64,000 nucleotides of DNA from an uncultured Bacteroidota bacterium (lineage in GTDB: Bacteria; Bacteroidota; Bacteroidia; Bacteroidales; FEN-979): the NCBI GenBank assembly GCA_937900965.1, contig CALCGJ010000158.1:186-64185 (forward strand), given 5' to 3'. Below are positions 56,816-64,000 of the stretch, piece by piece. Each line of letters starts with the position of its first letter. The stretch's first letter is position 1. The position numbers and the translations under genes were made by a program. The notes beneath the pieces were generated by a model. The model had not been told where the DNA came from. It searched no databases and saw nothing but the letters and a program-made list of their open reading frames with translations.

Positions 56816-57685
56816 TTATTGATGCAGTGTTCCTGTATTCAGAACCGGCGTGGCATCTTTGTCAGAGCAGAGGACCACCATCAGGTTGCTGACCATAACA
56901 GCTTTTTTATCTTCATCCAGCTCAACCACATTTTTCTTACTGAGTTGGTCGAGAGCCATTTCAACCATTAATACAGCTCCTTCCACGATTTTGTGACGCG
57001 CTGCAACGATAGCAGTAGCCTGCTGCCTGCGCAACATGGCCCCGGCGATTTCTGAAGCATAAGCCAGGTAACTGATCCGGGCCTCCATCACAAAGATGCC
57101 GGCAATAGCCAGCCGCTGGGTGAGTTCCTCCTCCAGCGCCAGGTTGACATCCTCACCACCGGAGCGGAGGGTAACCTCAGCGTGATCATCTTCGAAGTTG
57201 TCATAGGGATAATGACCGGCAAGTTTACGGATGGCAGCCTCACTCTGAATCTCAACGAAGTGTGAGTAATCATCCACTTCGAAAGCGGCTTTGTAGGTGT
57301 TTTTCACCTGCCAAACAAGCACAACCCCGATCATGATCGGATTACCGATCTTATCATTCACCTTGATGGGATCACTGTTAAGGTTACGTGCACGGAGAGA
57401 AATTTTCTTCCTGACCAGGAATGGGTTCAACCAGAAAAAGCCATTTCTTTTCAGGGTTCCCTTGTACGCACCGAAGAGCACAAGTACAGCCGATTCATTC
57501 GGATTGATCACCAGGAATCCCGGGAGGATAAAAATTACGAGGGCAATGCAGATGAGTCCCAGTACAATTGCCCAGATCTGACCCGGGTAATTCACAAAAT
57601 CAAGTACAGCCAGTGTAATCAATACGATCAGGCTGATTACTCCCATATAGCCTGATACGGGAGATGAAAGTTTTTCTTTTTCCAT
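56816..57685 (-). CDS. SPFH/band-7 domain membrane protein
   Basis: It has two N-terminal TM helices followed by LFGAYKGTLKRNGFFWLNPF...R..N......V.DK.GNPI.IG.V.VW.V and a coiled C-terminal region. Confidence 0.7.
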   Translation of the reverse strand: MEKEKLSSPVSGYMGVISLIVLITLAVLDFVNYPGQIWAIVLGLICIALVIFILPGFLVINPNESAVLVLFGAYKGTLKRNGFFWLNPFLVRKKISLRARNLNSDPIKVNDKIGNPIMIGVVLVWQVKNTYKAAFEVDDYSHFVEIQSEAAIRKLAGHYPYDNFEDDHAEVTLRSGGEDVNLALEEELTQRLAIAGIFVMEARISYLAYASEIAGAMLRRQQATAIVAARHKIVEGAVLMVEMALDQLSKKNVVELDEDKKAVMVSNLMVVLCSDKDATPVLNTGTLHQ

Positions 57686-57776
57686 TGGTTTAAATTTAAT
57701 GATATCAAAATGATATCAGAATAATTCTGCAATAATAGTATATTTTTTTACAGAAGTCAAGAAAAATCATAAAAAA

Positions 57777-57811
57777 GTGATTAGTGATTAGTGATTAGCG
57801 ATTAGTGATTA
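57777..57811. repeat. Heptamer array GTGATTA x5 (one GCGATTA)
   Basis: I counted the units directly. TGA and TAG on the plus strand and TAA on the minus strand recur in all frames. It is followed by the purine-rich ACAAGGCAAGAGG x2. Confidence 0.9.
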
Positions 57812-57880
57812 GGGAAAAAGACAAGGCAAGAGGCATAAGCCACAAGGCAAGAGGGAACAAGGGAGAAGGGAGCAACAGGA

Positions 57881-57927
57881 ATCCAGCATCCGGCATCCGG
57901 TTAGGATATATCATGTGACGATTTACA
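57881..57927. repeat. Left copy of a ~40 nt direct repeat flanking the AAA ATPase gene
   Basis: The sequence is TCCAGCATCCGGCATCCGGTT..ATATATCATGTGACGATTTAC. The 21 nt core 57906-57926 is identical to 59240-59260. Confidence 0.85.
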
Positions 57928-57961
57928 GTTCATAGTACTAGGGACTACTTTTTCTCTGACT

Positions 57962-59089
57962 TTATTCTGTTATAAAATCCAGATAGCTACTGGTATTAAT
58001 CATCGCAGTAATTGCATTGGGATAAGCTTTCATGAACGTAAGAGACACCTTTTTCTTTGCTTGTGCATTCCATTTGAATTCAAATGCGGATAACACACCA
58101 TCCCTTTCTTCAATATAATCAATTTCCTGTTGTTGTGTGGTTCTCCAGAAATAACTATTTGAATCAATCTGATGATTGTTTAACAACTTGTATCTCTCAC
58201 TAACAATGAAATTTTCCCAGAGTGCTCCTTTATCCGTTCGCAAGTCAATATCACTGAAATTCGATAATAATGCATTACGAATGCCATTATCATAAAAATA
58301 TATTTTGCGTGATTTCTTTATCTCATTTCTTGCATTCCGGGAAAAAGATCTTAACCTGAATAAAACAAATGATTTTTCCAGAAGATCTATATATCGGCGA
58401 ACTGTTATCTGGTCAATCCCCAGGAAATTTGCCAGTTCAGTATAGGAAACTTCACTACCAATCTGAAGAGCCAAAGCCTCAAGCAGAGATTCAATTATCT
58501 CAGGTTTTCGTATATCCTGAAAAGAAAAAATATCCTTATATAAATAGCTGCCTGAAAGGTTGTTCAATATTTTTCTTTCCTCTCCAGGTTCATTAATCAC
58601 GCCCGGATACATCCCAAAGAGAAGACGTTGTTTCAACAATCTTTTTTCTGTGGTAACATTTGTATACCCAATTATCTCCTGTGTGGAGAGTGGAAGCAAT
58701 AAAAACTCATATTTTCTTCCTGTCAGCGGTTCATTGATCTCTCCTGTTAATTCAAGGGAAGACGATCCGGTAGCAATTAGTTGAACATCTTTAATTTTAT
58801 CATGAATCAGTTTGAGTGTAATACCAATATTCTTAACCCGCTGTGCTTCATCTATCATAACTACCTTCACATTACCAATTCTTTGTTTCAATTGAGATGA
58901 AGTTACATCGGTTAATTCTTTTCTAATATCCGGTTCATCACAATCCAGGATCAATACCTTATCCTGGATTTCATTTGATAGCATTTCAAGTAAAGTAGTT
59001 TTCCCAGATTGTCGTGGGCCATATAGTAAAATAGTTTTACCTGTGAACAAGGTTTTTTTGATCTGTTCTAAAATGGTTCGCTGTATCAT
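57962..59089 (-). CDS. AAA+ ATPase (AAA_14 N-domain + DUF4143 C-domain family)
   Basis: It has Walker A GPRQSGKTTLL, Walker B VMIDEAQ, and a C-terminal region with FWRT..Q.EIDYI typical of DUF4143. I chose the ATG at 59089 (MIQRTILEQI); the track ORF starts at the TTG at 59119. Confidence 0.8.
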   Translation of the reverse strand: MIQRTILEQIKKTLFTGKTILLYGPRQSGKTTLLEMLSNEIQDKVLILDCDEPDIRKELTDVTSSQLKQRIGNVKVVMIDEAQRVKNIGITLKLIHDKIKDVQLIATGSSSLELTGEINEPLTGRKYEFLLLPLSTQEIIGYTNVTTEKRLLKQRLLFGMYPGVINEPGEERKILNNLSGSYLYKDIFSFQDIRKPEIIESLLEALALQIGSEVSYTELANFLGIDQITVRRYIDLLEKSFVLFRLRSFSRNARNEIKKSRKIYFYDNGIRNALLSNFSDIDLRTDKGALWENFIVSERYKLLNNHQIDSNSYFWRTTQQQEIDYIEERDGVLSAFEFKWNAQAKKKVSLTFMKAYPNAITAMINTSSYLDFITE

Positions 59090-59221
59090 TGTTGAAATAT
59101 TTGCTGTAAAAATAAGCAATTACCGGAATATAATCATGAAAAAACATAATAAAACATGATTATGATCGACTAAATAGCTAAAACCACAAGGGAGGGGAAA
59201 ATCCGGTATCCGGTATCAGGT

Positions 59222-59260
59222 TTCCAGCATCCAGTTCGCATATATCATGTGACGATTTAC
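59222..59260. repeat. Right copy of the ~40 nt direct repeat flanking the AAA ATPase gene
   Basis: The sequence is TTCCAGCATCCAGTTCGCATATATCATGTGACGATTTAC. It is preceded by ATCCGGT x2 (59201-59214). Confidence 0.85.
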
Positions 59261-59315
59261 TTATATATGAAATATTTTGCATATATTGAGGCCCATAACC
59301 AAGCCAAAATTGTAA

Positions 59316-62300
59316 TTGAGAGCACAATCCAAACATACTCGTTTGCTGACATTGCAGGTACAAAGATCCGCAAGGAATAATCAATTTCATAAACCAAACT
59401 CATTCATTCTCTTCTGTCTGATCCTGACAATCTCATTTTACACTTCCCATTCATTTGCCCAATACACTTACGAACTTGACAGAACTACCCGCTTCGAAAA
59501 GATGGGTGCAGAAGAAGGCTTGTCCAGTGGTTATGTTTATTGTATGCACCAGGATAAGTACGGGTTTATCTGGATTGGGACACAATATGGACTGAACCTG
59601 TATGACGGCTACGAATTCAAAATATTTACTGCCAATCCTAAAAATCCTCAGTCTTTATTTGATAACTGGATTAAAGACATACTAGAAGAACCAGATGGAA
59701 CCATGTGGTTTGCTACAAATTTAGGTATAAGTAAATACAACCGGGCAAACCAAACATTCACCACTTATTTCCCGGATACCAATGATATTACTAGTGAAAG
59801 CAATAGCCCTGATAAGATTTTACAGGATGGCGATTATTTATGGATCGATGTTTGGCGAGGTGATTTACTTCGATTTAATCTAAAAACTGAACAGTTTCAC
59901 TCCTTCGCAAAAGATACACTAAATCCATCGAAAGGAATTTATAGCAGCAACACTGATTATATATTTATTGATGAGTCAGGAGTACTTTGGGTTTGCTCAA
60001 GTGAAACCGGAGGTGATTTTGCACTCAGTAAATTTAACAAAAAATCCGAAACATTTTCACATTATATAAATGATCCAGCTAATCCCGAAAGTTTTGTTGG
60101 CAAAGAGATTAAGTCGATGATTGAAGACAATGAAGGAACGATTTGGATAGCAACTCTCGGTGGAGGTTTACTCGACATCATTGACAAAGAAAAAGGGAAA
60201 TTCAGGCAATATCTGCATGATGAAAATGACAAAAATTCCATAATCCATAATTACCTGCATAAAGTATTTATAGACTCAAATGGAAATATCTGGATCGCAG
60301 GCGTAAAAGGCTTCTCACTATTAAATAAAAAAATAGCCCGGTTCACTAATTATCATGTACCTATGCGAACTGACTTCCCTGACAGGTACAACTATATTAC
60401 CGATATTAATGAAGATAGTAACGGTGATTTATGTATAACTTCACGTGATGGATTTTTCAGGTTTAATGTGTCAACAAAGATTTTGTTTCATTACATTAAT
60501 GATCCGGAAAACCAAACCAGTATAAGTCATAATATGGTTAGACAAGTTCTAAATGAGCGCACTGGCCAAACATGGGTGGTATTACCAAATAGTAGTATTA
60601 ACAGGACAAACCAGTTTTCCAACGCCTTCAGGAGAATACAAAAAAAGGCCAATGTCAATAATTCCATTTCAGGTAATGCAATAGGTAGATTTTTTACAGA
60701 TAGCAAAGGCAACTTTTGGGTTGGGTGTGCTCATAGGGGTGGACTGAACAGAACAAAAATTAATAACCATAAAGATTATGACAATTTCGAACATTTTTTC
60801 TATGATGCTAATGACCTTAGTAGTATAAGTGGAGATAGAATAAGTGCCATTTATGAAGATTACGATCAAAAGCTTTGGTTTGGGACATGGACTGGTTTGA
60901 ACAGTTATGATTACAACACCAATAGTTTCACACGTTTTCAATATGATCCTGATGACAGCACAACAATAAGCCAAAATATTGTTATGTCTGTTTTTGAAGA
61001 TAGCCATGGCACCTTTTGGGTTGGGACCCGAAACGGTTTGAACATCATGGACAGAGAAACAGGTAAATTTATACGCTTTTTACCGGATGAAAATGACAGT
61101 TCCAGTATTTCGAGTGAAGATGTTCGGGTTGTTTTGGAAGATTCGTTTGGTGACCTCTGGTTTGGTGGCAGGTATCTTGAAAAATTGAATAGAAGTGATA
61201 CAAGTTTTATTACGTACTTTTCTGACTCTGTTGGTATCCACGATTTTGTTCCTAAGGATATTTGGAACATCCTTGAAGATGATTCAGCCAATCTTTGGAT
61301 CTCTACCAATAATGATGGTTTATACAAGTTTAACAGAGATGAATCGAAATTTACTGCATTTACAACCCAAAATGGACTGCCAAGCAATACGATAAATGCA
61401 CTCCAGATTGATGACAAGGGTACTATCTGGGTATCCACAAATCAAGGCTTGTCGAGGATTAATCCACATGATTATTCTATTCGGAACTTTGATATGGCTG
61501 ATGGATTGGTCAGTCTTGAATTCATCAACCGAAGCACATACAAAGATGATGAAGGTTGGTTGTATTTTGGCAGTCGGGATGGTTTTAACGTTTTTCATCC
61601 TGATAGCATAAAAGAAAACAAAATTTTACCTCCTGTTTATATTACCTCTTTAAATGTAGGTGGAGAACCAAAATATTTTGATAAGCCACTTTATGAGTTG
61701 GAGGATATTGAGTTAGTATACAATGAGAATGATTTTAGTTTTGATTTCGTAGCGCTGAATTACATCAATTCGCAAAAAAACGAATATGCCTATATGCTTG
61801 AAGGCTATGATGAAGATTGGGAATATGTTGGAAATAAACATGTTGCCAATTACACAAATATGAGTCCGGGAGAATATACATTCAAGGTAAAAGCCTGCAA
61901 TAATGATGGGTATTGGAATGAGGAAGGAGCCAGTCTTGAAGTGCATATTCACCCTCCTTTCTGGAAAACCTGGTGGGCATATGTGATTTATACGTTTGCG
62001 TTCATTGGCCTGGTATATCTAATTCGTCGAAATGAATTAAGAAAAATAAACTTGCGTCGGGAATTGGAGCTGGAGCAGGTGCAGGCTGAAAAACTTGCAG
62101 AATTGGATATTGAAAAAAACAAATTTTTCTCAAATATTTCCCACGAATTTCGCACTCCTCTTACCTTGATATTAGGCCCACTGGATAGATTTATTAGCAA
62201 GCTAAAGAATGAAGAGCAAAAACAGGAACTCAATTTGGTAAAGCGCAATGCCCATAGATTACAAACTCTGATAAACCAAGTGTTAAGCCTCTCCAAACTG

Positions 62301-63749
62301 GAATCCGGGAAGATGAAACTAAAAGCCCGTCCTGAAAATATTGTCAAATTAACCAGCTTGTTCATGCAATCCTTCCATTCAATGGCTGAGGACAAAGGAA
62401 TAAAGCTTGAGTTTGAAAGTAAAGCAGAAGAGTATATTGTATTCATTGATACAATCAAATTTGAAAAGGTGATCAACAACTTGCTTTCGAACGCGTTTAA
62501 ATTTACTGAAAGTGGAGGTGAAATAAAAGTTTCGATCTGTACCACCCTGGGTCTCCCCTCCAGGGACAACAATGCGAAGATCCCCCCCCTTCAGGGGGGA
62601 CCAAGGGGGGTGCAAATCAAATTCTCCGACACAGGTATTGGTATCCGAAAAGAAGAATTATCTCATGTTTTCGACCGTTTTTACCAGGTGGATGAAGCTC
62701 AAATGAAAACCAACCTTGGAACAGGGATCGGATTAGCTCTCACCAAAGAATTGATTGAACTGCATCATGGCACCATATCAGCTGAAAGTGAACATGGAAA
62801 AGGAACAACCTTTACTATATTCCTTCCCATGGGCAAAGACCATCTTTCAGAAGATGAAATCATTGAAACAGATAGTACCACTTCGGAAATGGATGAGGAA
62901 TTACTCAATGATGATTATTTGTTTGTCGAGGATGTAGCAACAAAGACTGATTTAAAAGCAAAAGGGCCAGTCAATAACAATTTGCCCCTGCTATTAATTG
63001 TTGAAGACAACGATGATATGCGTGCTTACATCAAAAGCTATCTTGTAGATTCTTATAATATCATTGAAGCTGGAAATGGAAAGGAAGGGGCAGAACTAGC
63101 CATCGAACATATCCCCGACCTCATTGTGAGCGACCTGATGATGCCCAAATTGGATGGAAACGAAATGACCAGCAAATTAAAAACCGATGAGAGAACAAGC
63201 CATATCCCGATCATTCTTTTAACGGCAAAAGCTTCTAAGGAGAGTAAATTAGAAGGGCTTGAGACCGGTGCCGATGATTTTCTGATCAAACCCTTCGATG
63301 CTGAGGAATTGCTTGTCAGGATTAAAAACCTGATAGAGCAAAGAAAAAAATTGAGCGTTTTACTATCCCATCATATTGGCGATACAAGTCAAACACGTTT
63401 GATTCAGGAGTCATCTGGTAAAATGATCACAAAGTTAGATGGGCTGTTTATCGAAAAAACGACCGCTGTTATACAGGAGCATATGTCAAATCCGGAATTC
63501 AGCGTAGATATGCTTGCCCGTGAAATGGCTGTGAGCAGGGTACAACTACACCGCAAACTAAAGAACCTGACAAATAATTCAGCCAGTGATCTGATAAGGA
63601 ATATACGAATGATAAAAGCGGCTGAATTACTTAAAGAAGGTGATTTGAATGTGACACAGATATCCTACGAAATCGGTATTTCGAGCCTGTCAAACTTTGC
63701 AAAGACCTTCAAAGAAAAATATGGGGTAAATCCTTCTGAATATGTTTAA
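59316..63749 (+). CDS. Hybrid two-component system protein (HTCS): propeller repeats + Y_Y_Y + TM + HisKA/HATPase + receiver + AraC-type HTH
   Basis: It has an H-box FFSNISHEFRTPL, an N-box NLLSNAFKFT, G-boxes DTGIGI/GTGIGLAL, a receiver (LLLIVEDNDDM...SDLMMPKLDG...LTAK) and a C-terminal HTH_AraC. The start is uncertain (TTG at 59316; there is no ATG before the signal anchor). Confidence 0.9.
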   Translation: MRAQSKHTRLLTLQVQRSARNNQFHKPNSFILFCLILTISFYTSHSFAQYTYELDRTTRFEKMGAEEGLSSGYVYCMHQDKYGFIWIGTQYGLNLYDGYEFKIFTANPKNPQSLFDNWIKDILEEPDGTMWFATNLGISKYNRANQTFTTYFPDTNDITSESNSPDKILQDGDYLWIDVWRGDLLRFNLKTEQFHSFAKDTLNPSKGIYSSNTDYIFIDESGVLWVCSSETGGDFALSKFNKKSETFSHYINDPANPESFVGKEIKSMIEDNEGTIWIATLGGGLLDIIDKEKGKFRQYLHDENDKNSIIHNYLHKVFIDSNGNIWIAGVKGFSLLNKKIARFTNYHVPMRTDFPDRYNYITDINEDSNGDLCITSRDGFFRFNVSTKILFHYINDPENQTSISHNMVRQVLNERTGQTWVVLPNSSINRTNQFSNAFRRIQKKANVNNSISGNAIGRFFTDSKGNFWVGCAHRGGLNRTKINNHKDYDNFEHFFYDANDLSSISGDRISAIYEDYDQKLWFGTWTGLNSYDYNTNSFTRFQYDPDDSTTISQNIVMSVFEDSHGTFWVGTRNGLNIMDRETGKFIRFLPDENDSSSISSEDVRVVLEDSFGDLWFGGRYLEKLNRSDTSFITYFSDSVGIHDFVPKDIWNILEDDSANLWISTNNDGLYKFNRDESKFTAFTTQNGLPSNTINALQIDDKGTIWVSTNQGLSRINPHDYSIRNFDMADGLVSLEFINRSTYKDDEGWLYFGSRDGFNVFHPDSIKENKILPPVYITSLNVGGEPKYFDKPLYELEDIELVYNENDFSFDFVALNYINSQKNEYAYMLEGYDEDWEYVGNKHVANYTNMSPGEYTFKVKACNNDGYWNEEGASLEVHIHPPFWKTWWAYVIYTFAFIGLVYLIRRNELRKINLRRELELEQVQAEKLAELDIEKNKFFSNISHEFRTPLTLILGPLDRFISKLKNEEQKQELNLVKRNAHRLQTLINQVLSLSKLESGKMKLKARPENIVKLTSLFMQSFHSMAEDKGIKLEFESKAEEYIVFIDTIKFEKVINNLLSNAFKFTESGGEIKVSICTTLGLPSRDNNAKIPPLQGGPRGVQIKFSDTGIGIRKEELSHVFDRFYQVDEAQMKTNLGTGIGLALTKELIELHHGTISAESEHGKGTTFTIFLPMGKDHLSEDEIIETDSTTSEMDEELLNDDYLFVEDVATKTDLKAKGPVNNNLPLLLIVEDNDDMRAYIKSYLVDSYNIIEAGNGKEGAELAIEHIPDLIVSDLMMPKLDGNEMTSKLKTDERTSHIPIILLTAKASKESKLEGLETGADDFLIKPFDAEELLVRIKNLIEQRKKLSVLLSHHIGDTSQTRLIQESSGKMITKLDGLFIEKTTAVIQEHMSNPEFSVDMLAREMAVSRVQLHRKLKNLTNNSASDLIRNIRMIKAAELLKEGDLNVTQISYEIGISSLSNFAKTFKEKYGVNPSEYV
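62541..62612 (+). repeat. GC-rich palindrome-containing insert inside the HATPase_c coding region
   Basis: The sequence is CCCTGG..CCAGGG and TCCCCCCCC-TTCA-GGGGGGA. It translates to TTLGLPSRDNNAKIPPLQGGPRGV, between the N-box and the DTGIGI G1-box. Confidence 0.7.
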
Positions 63750-63775
63750 TACGTAGCCCCATATAAGCCCCACAC

Positions 63776-63818
63776 TCAAATTTGTAACCTCCGCGTTCAA
63801 ATTGGAAACCCTTGCGTT
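63776..63818 (+). promoter_or_regulatory. Tandem 21-22 nt direct repeat, candidate regulator binding site
   Basis: TCAAATTTGTAACCTCCGCGTT and TCAAATTGGAAACCCTTGCGTT are identical at 17 of 22 positions with a 21 nt period. They lie between the HTCS stop and the next secreted-protein gene. Confidence 0.35.
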
Positions 63819-63897
63819 AGCCAATCCTTTCCTCCTGAACTAATTTTGTCAGTATAATTTTAGTTAATCCATCAGTGATGAAAAAATGGAGGATCTC

Positions 63898-64000
63898 ATG
63901 AAAAAATTAGCCTTACTAATCGTATTAGCATTATTTATACAATCAAACTTATCAGCACAGTCATGTCTGCCTGATGGCATCACATTTACTACCCAGGCTG
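63898..64000 (+). CDS. Partial CDS (5' end only) for a secreted protein
   Basis: The ATG at 63898 (or in-frame at 63886) gives MKKLALLIVLALFIQSNLSAQ-SCLPDGITFTTQA, a signal peptide. The ORF runs off the window end. Confidence 0.5.
   Translation, partial: MKKLALLIVLALFIQSNLSAQSCLPDGITFTTQA

Noticed and set aside
11315-57811. The short repeat arrays could be miniature CRISPR arrays.
   Set aside because: The units are 7-19 nt and directly abut one another with no unique spacers. No cas genes or leader sequences are present in the window.
1133-62615. Many long ORFs in the supplied track lie antisense to or nested in the called genes. Examples are 1133..1687, 5605..6249, 15339..15776, 26757..27356, 35893..36357, 40122..40850, 60938..61438 and 61988..62572.
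   Set aside because: Each is fully overlapped by an opposite-strand or other-frame gene with clear family motifs. Their translations are low-complexity or motif-free. They have no independent promoter box or start context.
51969-64000. A polysaccharide utilisation locus: GH92 and an HTCS lie in the same 12 kb.
   Set aside because: No SusC/SusD-like pair is present in the window. GH92 and the HTCS are separated by unrelated genes (FadD, the SPFH operon and an ATPase). A PUL could begin after 63898, but that cannot be seen here.
1-64000. rRNA, tRNA, tmRNA, transposase, integrase or prophage content.
   Set aside because: I recognised none on either strand by eye. The intergenic gaps are short and are occupied by promoter boxes, hairpins and the repeat arrays. 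A tRNA or ncRNA scan would be needed to exclude small RNAs formally.

Overview
This 64 kb segment looks like Bacteroidota chromosome. The evidence is three cargo proteins with T9SS C-terminal sorting domains, propeller/Y_Y_Y hybrid two-component sensors, a GH92 enzyme, and TAnnTTTG -7 promoter boxes 20-65 nt upstream of many start codons. I call about 46 densely packed protein genes. They include secreted glycan-related proteins, a DEAD-box helicase, and two EF-G paralogs that are not in a str-operon context. They also include a MacB-type ABC efflux set, MsrB-MsrA, a PfkB kinase, an MFS transporter and an Fe-ADH. There is a kbl-acpS / Acs-type ligase / carrier protein / second Kbl-type enzyme module, and an acyl-CoA dehydrogenase-IcmF-butyrate-kinase-like cluster. 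The remainder are short-chain Tdh, CysRS, TyrRS, an ACE-like M2 peptidase, an ArnC/ArnT-like GT pair, an S8 peptidase, FadD, an SPFH-RHH-DUF1648 operon, an AAA/DUF4143 ATPase and a full HTCS. I recognised no rRNA, tRNA, CRISPR, transposase, integrase or phage genes, and no canonical defence system. Three things deserve a second look. (1) The carrier-protein-linked second Kbl-type alpha-oxoamine synthase module at 26.5-31.5 kb. (2) A pervasive family of 7-19 nt tandem oligonucleotide arrays and palindromes at about 17 gene boundaries. Several of these lie in frame inside genes: CysRS, PfkB, the GH92 signal peptide, the HTCS ATPase domain, and the AcpS and ABC ATPase C-termini. (3) Two enzyme paralogs with degenerate catalytic motifs: an EF-G-like protein lacking the DTPGH histidine, and a Buk-like protein lacking the NPGSTSTK loop. 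All functional calls rest on motifs read by eye from the translations, and no database search was run.
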